Of a stretch of DNA of 64,000 nt, positions 36,641 through 57,029 are shown piece by piece; the first letter of the stretch is position 1; each line of letters starts with the position of its first letter. Location: NCBI RefSeq assembly GCF_009914755.1, contig NC_060928.1, one strand, 5' to 3'. The stretch comes from the human T2T-CHM13v2.0 reference genome, Homo sapiens. Below the pieces are notes generated by a model. That model saw only the letters and a list, made by a program, of their open reading frames with translations. It made no database searches and was not told where the DNA came from. A program made the position numbers and the translations under genes.

Positions 36641-38531
36641 AGAAAGTTCTTATTTCTCTTAATAGTAGTGTGTTTCCTCTCCTTGTAATAATCTGGATAT
36701 TCAAGAAAAAATAGTTCGATTTGTTTAAAGTTCTTTTTTTTTTGTCAATTAGGAGTATATACTAAAGTACAAAAAACGCTGATTTTAAACATTTCATTTT
36801 AATTTTGCAATTATGGTTTGTTGAATGTAACCTGTTATTATTCTTGCCAGATCAAGGAGAAATTAAAGAGATTTTAATGTAATTTAAGTCAACAAAAACA
36901 TGGGCAGGACCATGTTAATACTGTTTTCCACTGTAAAAGTGGCACCTAGCACAGTGCCTGGCATGTGATATCTGTGGAATAAATTAGTGAAAAATGAATA
37001 TGAAACTTTTTAAACAAATATTTAAACAATTGCTTTCATTGTAGTGGCTGATGGTGGTAAGGCAATTAGATGAAGGAGTCTTGATTTCAGCAACTTATCT
37101 GAAATTTGATTCATCTCTCTACTTCATACTCTTTAACTATAGAAAAAGTCTGTTAATTTCAGGGTTTTTTTTCTAGAAAAATAATGGAGTTCTATCATTT
37201 TAAAAGTGTATATTTTATTAGAAGACTTATAATTTAAAAAAAAGATTTAAAAAATAAAAATCAGCCTGGAAAATTTATTGTCCAAAATTTTCTAATGGTA
37301 AATGTATGTATTTTAGTACCTCTAGCTAAGACCTATGACTCTTTGCTATAAAGATGGTCCATGCACAACATTATGTATAGAGATATACTGCTTAGGGTCA
37401 CCATCTTGTCTGAGCCAGACCGGGAATACTAACAGGAATAGTCAATCCTTCAAGATGAGTAAATTCACTGAAATGTTTGTTTCAAATGATTCTGTGTTCC
37501 ATCACAGCTGGAATAATTTTTCAGACAAAACATTAAATTAAAAGTTAATTAAGAAAGCCAAAACAGTCTAACTGCGTTTACTCCCGTATTAATGTAGAAT
37601 GTAGGATTTGGATGGCTGAGGGGCTGTGTGTACTGTGTAGATCCTTAGAACTCTACACACTTCTACCCTGGGTAACAGTTAGGTGACCTTTGAAAAATCT
37701 GAAGTCCAAATAGCCATCTCCATAAAGGGCTCCTCTTAAGAAAGAACTTTAGAATATGAATCTCGAGGAAAAGAGGAGGAAAAGAGAAAGATTTTAGATG
37801 AAACAATTGTAGGGGGTGGGGCAGGTGGGTTTCACTCATATGAAAGATCCTAAAATGGAAATGATATAGATTCCTGTTTTAAAAAAAGAAATGCTGTGGT
37901 GTGTGTCTGCACATGCACCTGTGCATGAGTGTGTGTGTGCCTGTCATCTACATTAGTTAAAAATGACATGTTCTTTCTTTATTTTCTTGGGCACTGTTGG
38001 GGGAAAATATTAAATAATGTAGTACATTGTAAAAACCTAACTCTGTCAAAATTGAGTAAAGCAATCACCGCTGTTTTTGTGAAACAGAGCTGGAAGTCAG
38101 ATCAAGGCATAATGTATTACACATTTTCAAAAATGTCATTCAACTGCATTTTAAGAAAAAAAAAACCCGAGACAAGATAAATATACCTGATACTCTTTTT
38201 AATGAAATGTTTCACACCTTTGTAAAATTCTTGTGATCTGTTTATAGAGCCAGAAACATTCTAGATGTCTATAGCTTTTATTTTGAAATAAAATGTTGGG
38301 ATTATCTAATTAAATGGGAAAACCATTTTAAGAGCTAAGCAGCTGTAGACAAATCTACAATGAATTTGTAAGCAAGTCTTTCTAATAAAAAATAGGAATA
38401 GTCAATGTGTGGTCTTCGAAAGTGATGTCAGCATAGCAGTCCGGGCCTAAATGCAGGCTGGCAAGGTGTATCGTAGACAGGGTGAAAGGGATGCCATACA
38501 TAGGTGGTGATTGTTTATAATACCTGCCTTC

Positions 38532-38932
<401 letters not shown>

Positions 38933-39579
38933 CTACATATATGGCTTCATAACCTGCCAATGGAACTTTGTTGATTGAACTACACTTAAATATAAGTAAC
39001 TCCAGTAAACTATTGTACATAAAGTGAATGTGCTGTTGGAAATGCTCTGATATTGGTTGGCTTCTACTACTGTCAGTAACCTGCACTGCTCAAAAACTCC
39101 ATGTGGACTTCAACAGTGGATCTATGTAGATTGCCTTGCAATATTCAGATTTTTAGATTTCTGTGTTATGATCAGTATTTCAAAGAAAAGTTTGGCATTA
39201 TTAGAAAAAACAAGGAAAAAAAGGCCATTTTATTCCCGTATAAAACTTCTTGGTTTGATATAGAAGTATGTAGCTTTTAGTGTTTTTATATATAGGGGAC
39301 AAAATATTTGGTATTCTCAAACACGGGAATTCTGTGTAAATAGTACTCCTTGAAATTATGAAACCTGGTAGTCTTAACTAGTACAGGAATTCTTAATTCT
39401 TTGGGGGTTATGGGCTCTTTCAAGTTTGATGAAAGCTACAGAATCCTCCTTTGGATTCTCATAACAGCCCTATTGTTGTAAGTGTTATGGATAAGGAGGC
39501 TAAGGCTAAGAGCTTAATTGGCAGAACTGGTTTTTGATTGCATGTCTGACTCCAAGTTCACACTCTTCCCCCATTCTCC

Positions 39580-40030
39580 CACATATTCCTTCAAATTTTA
39601 CAACATGGCAAACTAAGCTCTTTCAGAGCTGGTGCTGACCTACATTGTCTGGCTCATCTCCTTACTTCCCACATGCATCCTAGGTAGAGGTCACGCTGAA
39701 CTACTTACAGGTATTTGAAAGTGTCATGTTGACCTTTCAACACCCTGTTCCTTCTCCCTGAAAATCCTTTCTTATTTTGCCTTCCTCTCTAATGCTAGTT
39801 AGAGAACATTCCTAGTTGTACTTGAAGACTCAGCTCAAATGTCACCTTTTATAGGAAGACTTTTCTGCCCTCTTCTTGGCCACCTCCACCCTCTTAGATG
39901 CCCTTCCTCTATGCTGTCATTGTACCCTCTGCATACCGCTGTCATAATTCCATTTATCAAGCTGCACCATGACGGATGTCTACTTGTCTGCTTTTCCACT
40001 ATTCTGTAAGCATTTCAAGGGCAGATATTT
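39580..40030 (+). mobile_element. L2 fragment
   Basis: aagactcagctcaaatgtcacc...ggaagacttttctg and ctgtaagcatttcaagggcag L2 3' motifs. Confidence 0.6.
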
Positions 40031-40703
40031 TGTGTGTGTGTAAGATCTGGCCAAAGTGTAGTTAGTAACTCGAGTGACTTTTTTCTTCTTGGAGTTAGAT
40101 ATACTTTCCTGTAATGCCTGAGTAAAGATACGTTATTTTTTTCTAAAGAACTCTAACACGTGCAATATTAATGGGGGCCATATGCTACTTCTCTCTCAGC
40201 AGCCTCAATCACACTGATAACATTGAAAAAATGCAAGCTTGTTTCAAAGGAATAATTTTGACCCCATTTCTGTGAACAGGAATTTATATTTTACCAGGCA
40301 ATCATTTCTTAGTAATATAGTTCCATTTATTTTCTTAGTGAGTTAGGAGGAAAAACAGTATGTAAAAAGATTTGTAACTATACATTTCAAAGTATTTAAA
40401 CAATAGTAACAGGGTTTAAATGTATCAAGAGTTCTGGTTACTTTTATAGTCATCGATATTATGTCACCAAGTAAGTAGGGAACAGAAATGTGTTACAAAG
40501 ATAAATGAAGTAGAAATATAGAAAGAAAAATAGTAATTTTAAAGCAACTTTAAAATAAGCAAACATGTCTTTATAAAAAGGAATTGAGTAGGAGGAACAG
40601 AGATCAACAAAATTATTGTTTTTTTTTCTACAATACCTTATGTTTTATTACATGCTGAAAAGATCGCCACAACTTAAATTTCCTCTTTTTTTCTCCTCCT
40701 TAG

Positions 40704-41051
40704 GCCAAGTTCACAGATGACTGCAAGTTCAGGGAGCGTTTTCAAGAAAATAGCTATAATACCTATGCCTCAGCAATACATAGAACTGAAAAAACAGGGC
40801 GGGAGTGGTATGTGGCCCTGAATAAAAGAGGAAAAGCCAAACGAGGGTGCAGCCCCCGGGTTAAACCCCAGCATATCTCTACCCATTTTCTGCCAAGATT
40901 CAAGCAGTCGGAGCAGCCAGAACTTTCTTTCACGGTTACTGTTCCTGAAAAGAAAAAGCCACCTAGCCCTATCAAGCCAAAGATTCCCCTTTCTGCACCT
41001 CGGAAAAATACCAACTCAGTGAAATACAGACTCAAGTTTCGCTTTGGATAA
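40704..41051 (+). CDS. FGF5: FGF5 coding exon 3
   Basis: Strong polypyrimidine acceptor ctcctccttag|GCC; [23 protein letters not shown]...[14 protein letters not shown]...KYRLKFRFG*; 355+104+348 = 807 nt. Confidence 0.99.
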   Translation, partial: AKFTDDCKFRERFQENSYNTYASAIHRTEKTGREWYVALNKRGKAKRGCSPRVKPQHISTHFLPRFKQSEQPELSFTVTVPEKKKPPSPIKPKIPLSAPRKNTNSVKYRLKFRFG

Positions 41052-46492
<5,441 letters not shown>

Positions 46493-49400
46493 TCAGTCAG
46501 CTGGGCTACACATCATCAATCAGTATTTCAGCAATTTTATGCAATAAAAATAATATTAGATTATAAACCAAGAACTCTCATTTATGTTTTAGTTTATTAA
46601 ATTGTTTTTGTCTTTATTCAGACATAAATATCACAAGTCACTCTCTAGCACCTGTTTTACCCTTCACCATTTGATCTCTAACATGATTTCTAGATTTATT
46701 ACCAGTGATTGTAGGATTCTTACAATGTTGAAAGTTCTATGAGATCATAAAAAGGGACATAGTTCCTTCTCTAATGAAACTAAATTTACGTCCAGATGAA
46801 ACTGGACAACCACGTGAAAAAAAAAGCTGTCAATGAAGTTATAAACATAGATCTTTTTAAAAGATCTTTTCTTAGTTTAAAAAATATCCACTGAATAAGT
46901 GTGTGAGATTTGATCAAGACATTTACAAAGCTAGGATCGATTTTGGGCTTAGCATTTTATGAAGGATGTAAAAAATTTGAATTAACCTGGAGGAAGAATG
47001 GTCAGAGTGGTATCATAGTTGATAATAAATAGCCCTACTTAATTAAACATGCAATTTTAAAAACAGCTCTTTTGTGATTAAAGTTCCCCATTCTACATGA
47101 AGTCTTCTAGAAATTCTTGAAGAAATATGAGTAATTTCTTCTTGACATCATGCCTCCAAATAAGATAGCTCAGGACACAATTTTCTGTCACCATTCCCTT
47201 ACTTTCCCAAAAATTCAGGAAATGTTTTCTGAGATCCCTCCTTGCACAAGGCACTCAGCTAGCAAGACATTCTTGGACTTGCTCAGTGCTTGTTTAGTAG
47301 TTCCTTGTGTATATTTACTTCAATGTACTCTCATATTTTGCACTTCTGGAGAAAATATGTCTGCCCTCATTGCACATTTCCCACCCTAAAATCAGGCTAA
47401 TAAAAATAACTCAATAAATGCTCTTAGCGAAAAGCAAACTTGAATGATGTGTTCCTCTGGCTTAAACACTTTGTAGAGGCTATTGGATATTCTAGTTATT
47501 CACAAAACTTAGTGTGTAATTATAATTATAGGTTCCTGGCATATGTTAGTTGCTCAGAAATGCTTTTAGGATGTATACATGTGCTGAATAAGATTTATCG
47601 GACAAAAATGATGATGACAGGTAAGAGAATTTCATGTTAAATATGAAATGTCTCCTACAATAAGAGTAAGAACATCCACTGCCCCTCCTACTGTACTTGA
47701 AGTTCTCAAACATAAATTTTTAGACCAAACTAAAAATATCAGGCACTTGCAGCTGCATTTAAGTATCAATACATGTCATCATATGACACTTCAATTTCAC
47801 TAGCAATCATAAAAATAGGTTACTGTGCAAATCCCAGTGCTTTTGCTATTTGTAGGCCAAACAAGCAGTCTAGTAGGATGCCAGTAGGTATCAGTGGGAG
47901 AGTAAAGACATTTCTTTTTGGTAATTTATTTCTAGATGTGCTTGTCCCTTTCCCTAGATAAACTCTTTCAGAGAAGACTGACATTTTTCTGTATCCTACA
48001 GAGAGATTAGTGAATGCATAATCACACAGTGACAGGTCCAGCTCCAATGTGTTTCTCATTAAATTCTCTGTCGTTCCCTCTGTGGGAAACTGGACAATTT
48101 ATCAGATTTTCATACAGGGAGGTGAATTTCTGCTGAGGAGGAAACACCAATGTCTTTTACCTTCCTGAGTGCAATTATGGCTGAGCTTCCCTGATAGTAC
48201 TCCATTTTATGATAGGGTTGTCATTGTAGGATGTGTGCATTCTATAACTTCTGACACTGGTTATATATTTGCACTTTTTAAAGTTAGCTAGTTGTCCTAC
48301 ATTTGCCTTAACACAGAATGTCTGAGATTAAGCATACCTGTATACTAAAATATTAATTGTACAAGGAGAATATACAAAGATTTCTCTAACAGTCACCATC
48401 TTAATGGAGCATGTGAGAGAATGAGTTTCAAATCTGGAAACAGAAAGTAGTATAAAAGCGTATGTTCTCAGTCAATTCTTGTTTTTTTTTTTTTGCATAA
48501 AAGATGAATTTCAAAGGGGAGAAAAATATGTTTTCTGTTTAAGTAATTAAAGAATAACCGTTATGGCAATAACTACCATAAATTTTGTCTGAGATCTGGA
48601 GTTCCTTTAAGTTATGATTAGAAGGAAAATTCATGCCCATTTATTTATGTTGCCACATTTGTTGTATCACTGTGTAAAACAACAGATCAGCTCTGACAGA
48701 GAGTTTGTTTTCACTTTAGATATCATGTTGCCTAAGATTCTCAGCCTTTACCATTTGGTGAGCAAGCGAACAAATGAGAAAAATACACACGCATCCCACC
48801 TTGCTGGTGCAGAGCACAAACCACAAGATTTCTCCACTAGTCAAGGGAGTTTAATGTTTAATGACACAAAATCAACTCAGTCTAGCAAAACTCCAAGGTC
48901 CAAAGGAGCCAAGCAAACTAAAAGAATAATGATTTCTTGATTGCTAATAATTTATGGCAGAAACCACTAGTAAGTTTCTAATAAAAGCATTCAGTGTTCA
49001 TTTAACCCCTTATACCTGGCATTATGCTGGGGTTCTGGGAATAGAATTAAACACATTGGTTTGAGGGAAATTTACATTCTTGCTGATAATATTAGGGAAG
49101 TGAACCATAGCTTTAGAATACGATATCCAGTTCTTGGTAGGTTAAAAATGACACTTATTCTTGCCAAAGGAATTTAGTATGTTGGGTCACTGTTTACCAG
49201 GATGGATCCAAAACCTTAAGCTGTAGTTTACATTACACATTTTAGAAGTAACTCTCAAGTTTCTTTGATGCTCCTTTTGGGAATTTATCGCATTTTTTAT
49301 TGAATATTAACCTACAGGATGTTATCAAAGATGCAAGATGTTTCTATGCTTATTTTAAGATAATTAGGGATCCAATAGAACGTAAGAAAATTGTGTGCAG

Positions 49401-51059
49401 GCTTTTCTAATTCCATCTGCTATAACAAACATTTACCTTACAGCTGGGATTGGAAAAGCAATACGATCTGATTCCAGGATTGCTCAGAAATTGGAAAAAA
49501 ACTCACCTGTGCTTCCCAAATTTATTTCCCAAGACAAAGATGTCTATAGCACAGAAAAAAATGCATGAATTAAAAAATCAAGATGTATTATTAAATATGG
49601 TCCTGAGTATTGCTTAACATTTCAGTTCTTTTTCTACCTGTTTGCTGGAAGCAAGAACATTGTTAACAATTTAGCACCTTTTTCATTAAACACCACCTCC
49701 CACTGTTGGTCTTAAATAAAGGATTATATATATATATCAGACTTCCTTTGAGAACAGCTGCTGCTTTTTGGACTGCTAGGATTAGTGCAAACAAACCTCC
49801 CCCAGGACATTTAAGGGGGTTGGCAAATGTTGCTGTGTCTACTTTGGTTGTTATAGAGGCACCCTTGCAGTGGTTTCAGCCAGCGTTCCTGTAACATTGG
49901 CCTGCAGTCAATAAATATTTCATGTCTCTTTCCCCTAGGGTGTGCTCAGAAGACCACCCTGCAAGTTTCTGCCTCTGTGGTCACAGCTTCATGCCGTGGG
50001 CGTAAAGGTGGGTGTGCAGCCAGAGGCAGGATGTGCAGGCAAGATCCAATGTGGTTAAAATTTGGGATCACTAGTCTGGCTTTAGGGAATCTGGAGACCA
50101 TTTCATGTTAACACTCATTCTAAGAGAGAAAGCATGTCCATCAGAGGATTATCATTAAGCATCAGTGTGATTCACTCAAGGGTTAATAGAAAGAAACATT
50201 CATAAGAGGTGAGGTTTCAGGTTAAGAGAGAAATAGGAGCCTCTTGTTCTTCTCACCAGAGTGTAGAATGTCTTCTTCCCTTTAGGAAGAAGACCCTCAA
50301 AGTTTCCAGAAGTTTCCAAAGTTTCCTAAAGAGACCCAAGTGGGAAAGGATCCATGTCTCCTTAGCTCTTTAAAACATGTCATGAATCAGGCATCCAAAC
50401 AATAATGCACTCAGTGACTGAGTGAACATCTAGTGAACCGAATGATTCAGAGATTGGTCGAGATTTATTAATTGCCTAAAAAAGAGACTCAAAGGCCAGG
50501 GAAAGTAGAGCCAGTTTTGCTTTGCTTAAGAAAATAAGAGGAAAAATAAAAATGATGTCGCACGTTGCTTTTGGGGCCTAATATCACTTTCCCTCCACCC
50601 TCGCAGAGGGTAGGTCTAACTCTTGTTAGTTATCATTTGGATGGTTTGCTTAGTTATTCCCTGTCTGTTTTCCATAGACATTGTTTGAGTACTTACTATA
50701 TGCCAAATATGCCACAAGTGATGGGTGTAGAGATAAATAAGACCTGGTTTCTTCCCTCAAGAAGCTTGTAGTCTAGATGAGAAGACGAAAAATTAAAAAA
50801 ATATGCTCTATATATCCCACGAGGGCAGAGCTGGACTACTGTAATAAGTACTGCCACCTTACTTTTGAACAGCGCTTTTTAGTTTTAATGTAGCACTTAA
50901 AGCATTCAGAATATATTTAGCTGCCTTATCTAATTAGATATAGAAGTAAACCACCTAAAAGGAAATGAATGGCTTCTAAGAAGTTAGCATTTAAACCTAA
51001 GATACCTTGATGCTTGGTCCAAATTCCCTTTTCAGTGCTCATAACTCAGCTGCTGAATA

Positions 51060-51525
51060 TGCAGCTGCTCAAGGCCGTGCCTCTTACCTTAGGCAACTAC
51101 CAAGGTTACATTCATTCCCAGGGTACCCTGAGGCCAATAACTAGCTGATTCAGAAATACAATGGCCTGACCCCCTTGCCACGATTTTTAATCAATATGAA
51201 GGGCCATAGCAGCTTCAAGGCACCCCTAGGATCAGCTGAGGCCCCAGCTGCCGACATAGAGAAGACAATTTTCTCCCTCCACCCTGCCTTTTTCATTTCC
51301 TTACAGGTAGGGACACAGATACAAGACAATACTCTCGACTACATTTGAATTCTAGATAAACAATAATTTTTTGTATAAGTATGTTCCAAATATTGCATAG
51401 GTATCCTGTAGTTTTATTTGCTAGGTCTGGCACTACTATGTACAATTGTAACTCTGAAGATCACTCCCTGTGAACGTGCTGTGTGCTACTCTCAGCCTCA
51501 GAGTGTTGCTGGGGAATCCATTCTC
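51060..51525 (+). mobile_element. ERVL LTR (LTR16-like) interrupted by a MER53-like element at about 51305-51435
   Basis: aagggccatagcagc...ggatcagctgaggcc LTR16-like motifs; atttgaattctagataaacaat...gtataagtatgttccaaatattgcat MER53-like motif. Confidence 0.55.
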
Positions 51526-51979
51526 TGGGAAAAGGTATTGTGGTCAGGAAGCACAAGGGAGGGCCTGGACTGCCAGAGAAAAGTGTGAGGGGAATAAGAA
51601 GAGGATCCTCTTTCTACAATCAGAGATGAAGGCATATTTCAACATTCTCATGGGCATAAAGAAGTTTATACTCATAAGCAAGACAAAATTCAAAAGTTTC
51701 AGTGGCTATACAAAGCCTAAAATATTCTTTATCCAAAGCGTGATCTTGAGGCCTTAATTCTTTGCTCAGCCTCCCAAAACATTAGCTGTATGTGTTTGTA
51801 CATATAATACTAAGGCACATGGACTGTCTTTTCCTAAATTATGCAAGGCATGTGATCAATTTGGGACTTATTAATGACATTTCTGAAAGTCTCTCAAAAA
51901 GTTGGTCAGCCTTTCTTCATAAAACACATTTTTACATGTTTTACAAAGTGCCACATACACCTGGCCTTTCTGCTACCTC

Positions 51980-53045
51980 AGCAGCTATTTCTTCCTGTCT
52001 CTTTGGCTAGCTCCTCTTTTACCTGACCTGTAAACCTTGTGGGACCCCAGGGCTCAGTTTTTGCCTCCTTTGTGTTCTTTCTGTAAACTCACTTCCTACG
52101 TGATTTCACCTCCGCCTTACATACCAGATGTATGCTGACGACTTCCACATTTAAATCTCCAGCCTCAACCTCTCCCAGAATTTCACATTCACGTAGCCAA
52201 CTGCCTGTTGCAGCAATTCTATATTGCTACAGGATATCTAACAGGCATCTGAAGGCTGACATGTTCAAAACTCAACTCTTGTTCCCAAACCAGTTAAGCT
52301 TCCAGACTTCTACAGTTTAATAAACAGCATGATGATTTATTCAGTGACTCGAGCCAAAAATTTGGAATCATTCTTGTGTCTTTCCTTTCTCTCATAACCC
52401 TCATCCAGTACGCCAGCAACTCCTTTTGGCTAAACCTTTAAACAAATTCTGAGTTCTTTCTCTGTCTCTACTCCATATCTCATCTTTGGCTTGACCTGTT
52501 GCTATATCCTCTCAACTGGTCTCTCTTCTTCTCACTACAGTGGATTTTACAGAGAAGTCAAAGTGAAATTTTAAAAACAGAAATCACGTCTTTTTCCTGC
52601 TCAGAACTCTTCAGTGGCTTCCCAGCCCACTAAGATGGAGCTAGTCCTTTCCTCCCTCTCTTGTTCCATCCCCTAGTCTCTTCCACCTCACTAACTCTGC
52701 TTTAACCCAATGCCTGGAATGCCTTTCCCCCAATTGTTCAGCTATTCTACTCCTTCTCTCCTCAGAGATGCCTTCCCTGATGACTGTTTGAAGTGTCTTC
52801 CCCTACTTACTCCATCTCATCCCCTTCTTATTTTTGTTAGTGCATTTTTCATGCTCCTTAATTATCTTGTATACTTTGGTGTTGACTGATTTCCTCAGGG
52901 TTATATAAGTAAGTCTGTTTCCCCCCAATAGAATGTAAACACCTTGTGTAAAGACCCTTCGCTTGGCTTCTTCACTGCAGGATTTCTGGTTCCTGGTGTG
53001 GACCTGCCACAGAGGAGGTACTCGATATTTATTTATTTATTGGAA
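51980..53045 (+). mobile_element. L2 3' region
   Basis: Pyrimidine-rich L2 body (ggatatctaacaggcatct, cagtggcttccc, tgcctggaatgcc) ending gaggaggtactcgatatttatt. Confidence 0.8.
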
Positions 53046-53507
53046 TGACAATATTCCCTATTCTAGAAAAGGCTAGAGGGTTGAAAGTAAGTGAACTATA
53101 CAATTAGCCAGAATGATTAGTCAAGCTTTAATTCTAATAAGCTCTCCAACTGGAATGCTAAGTTTGTCTGAAAGTGCAATTAATTCTCTGGCCGAACATG
53201 AAAAACCTCCCAACGATTTACCAATTTTTCAGTAAGGTAAATTTTGTAGAAGGATTAGGAAAGCCTTAAACCCTAATGTGGTATCACCATGTTTGCAAGC
53301 TCCCCTAGACAATTTATCTATGCCCTTGCTGGATGTGGTCAAGATTCTAAGGATCTGCCTTATGATCAACACTAAATAGCATATTAATATTAATAAATAT
53401 CTGTATGGCGTAAAACTGAGACATTCACCAGCAAATATACAAATACATAACTACTCTTTGATTAATTTTAGGATAATCCATCAAAAGTAATGTGAATATT
53501 ATACTTT

Positions 53508-54780
53508 CTTTTTTTCCAATATTAAACCATTTTTAATTGACACATAATTGTACATCTTTATGGGATACAATTTGATGTTTCAATACACATATATGTTATA
53601 TAGTGATCAAATTAGGGCAGCTAGCATTTCCATCATCTCATGTATTTATCATTTTTTTGTGGTGAGAACATTCACAAGCCTCTCTTCTAGATATTTTGTA
53701 TTATACAATACATTATTGTTAACCATAGTCACCCTATTGTGCAACAGAACACTAGAACTTATTCCTTCTATCTCATTGTAACTTGTACCTGTTGACCTAC
53801 CTCTCCCCATCTTTCCTTCCCCCCACCCCTCCCCACTTAGTCTCTGGTAATTACTGTTCCACTACCTGCTTCTACAATATCAACTTTTGTATTTGTTTTT
53901 CTGTGTTTGACTTATTTCACATAAAATTATATCCTCCAGGTTCATCCATGTTGTCCAAATGACAGGGTTTCATTTTCTTTTATGGCTGAAAAGTATTTTA
54001 TTGTGTATATTTACCACATTTTCTTTATGTGTTTATCCATTGTTGGACACTAATTTGATTCCATATATGAGCTATTGTAAATAATGCTGCAATAAACATG
54101 GGAGTGCAGATACATTTTCAACATGTATATTTCTGTTGGATATATCCCTAGTAGGGGGATTGCTGGGTAATAGGGTAGTTTTGTTTTTAATATTTTGAGG
54201 AAATTTCCTACTGTGTTTCATAATTGCTGCACTAATTTACAATCCCAAAAACCATGTGTAAGCGTTCCCTTTTCTCCACATCCTTGCCAATAGTTTTCTT
54301 TTGTCTTTTTTGATAATAGCCATTCTAACTAGAGTGAGGTGGTATTTTGTTGTGGTTTTCATTTGTATTTAGCATAAATGATTAATGACATTAAGCATTT
54401 TTTTCATATATCTGTTGGCCATTTGTTTGTCTTCAAAGTCTGCTAAGGTCTTCTGCCCACTTTTAAATTGGATTATTATTATTATTATTATTATTATTTT
54501 TGCATTGAGTTCCCTTTATATACCGGATATTAACCCCTTGTCACATGTATAGTTTACATATATTTTCTCCTATCCTGTAGGTTTTATTTTCACTCTTGTT
54601 TCATTCACTGTATGAAAGCTTTTTCATTTGATGTAATCCCGTTTGTCTATTTTTGCTTTTGTTGCCTGTGCTTTTGAGGTCTTACTTAAAAAATTTTCAC
54701 CCAGCCCAATGTCGTGAAGTGTTTCTCCTATAAAAATTATGCTGTGAAGCATTTCTTCCAGTAGTTTTATAGTTTCAGGT
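53508..54780 (-). mobile_element. L1MA 3' fragment
   Basis: tttttaattgacacataattgtacat start, ORF2-end motifs (aatagccattctaac, tttgcttttgttgcctgtgcttttgagg); internal (TTA)n at 54472-54497. Confidence 0.9.
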
Positions 54781-55065
54781 AATATTTATTGATTGAATGA
54801 GTACGGTCAGTTTTGCTACAACAGTTGTTTCGAAAACCCTAATTTGTTCCAACTCCATTGATAGATTAGGAAACAATTTGAGCATAATGTAAATTTTGTG
54901 TTAACTCATATGCAATTTCATCTGTGAGAAACACTAGATATTTCAGCTGAACTGAGCTATGTGGGAATACGCAATATATACATACACATACCTCATGAGA
55001 TCAATAAGCCATACCTATTCATACCTGGCATTACAATTTTCCATCAGATACCCCTCCTTCAAACA

Positions 55066-55451
55066 TGTTGTGGACTAAATTGTTTCCCCCTAAAATTCAT
55101 ATGTTGAAGTCCTCACCCCTAATATAACTGTATTTGGAGATGTGGGCATTAAGGAGATAATTAAGGTTAAATGAAGTCAGAAGGATGAGTCCCTAATCCA
55201 TTAGGACTGGTCCTTAAAAACAAAGGAAGAGACACTGGAGCTCTCTTTCCCCTCATGCACAGAAAAACAGTAAGTGAGGAGAAAGCAACAAGGCAACCCT
55301 CTGTAAGCCGGCAAAAGAGCCCTCAATAGGAACTGAATCTGCTGGCACTTTGATCTGGGACTTCCAGCTTCCAGAACTGAAAAAATAAATTTGTTGTTTA
55401 ACCCACCTAGTCTGTGGTATTTTGTTATGGCAGCCTGGGAAGGCTAATACA
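55066..55451 (+). mobile_element. MaLR solo LTR (MLT1A-like)
   Basis: TG...CA termini, aaattcatatgttgaagtcct, ggacttccagcttccagaactg, ttgttatggcagcc...ctaataca. Confidence 0.9.
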
Positions 55452-55761
55452 AACCACTTGACAATACCTCACAAGCCACAACCCTTTCTATTGCTACCCT
55501 ACTCAGGCAGCGCAGCATGCATCCTCCTATTTTTGTCCCTCTTTTTAAGCTTTTTTGAATTTTTCCTCTCTGTTCTCTTTTCTTTTTCTCTTTATCTTTC
55601 CTTTATGGTAGAAGCTTTTTTTCTCAGTTTATTTCTTCTCTTCTTCTTTTACACAGAACACACTAGAAACTTAAGTACAAGCAAACTTCAGACCCCTTTA
55701 AAGGTAAGATGCTCTATTTATTATAGTATTTGTATATTTCTTAAACTTTTAACATGTTTAA

Positions 55762-56588
<827 letters not shown>

Positions 56589-57029
56589 CTCATGAAGTTT
56601 TTGAGTATTAATCCCTTAACCCTGTTTTCTTATGAGTCCTGTGGTTTTTATTCCACAATTTTGCATATTGCAGTGATTTTTTTAGAAATACCTGTTGAGC
56701 TATAAGAGAAATGACTGGTTTTTACCCTCACAAAAACTTAGCAAGTTAGAAAAATGTATCCTTATTTTACAGATGAAGCAGAAGATCGAAGCATTTGGTA
56801 TAAGCCACAATGTGTTCTTTACTGTGCCAAATATACTTTTGTCTTGAATCTTCTGACATTAACTTTTATTTTTTAATGTTGGTAACCAGCTTTAATCTAA
56901 TCAACTTCTAAAAAATCGTATTTTGTAGTATATTTATCTTGGCACAAGGAAATGAGGACATGGCCTAGATAATTTAGGTCCAAAGTCAACCATTAACCAT
57001 ATAATCTAGATTAAAATTTTAAATAGTAT

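Noticed and set aside
50299-50424. Triple aagtttcc repeat and 17-bp palindrome cactcagt-g-actgagtg
   Set aside because: Too short to distinguish from chance or local slippage without conservation data
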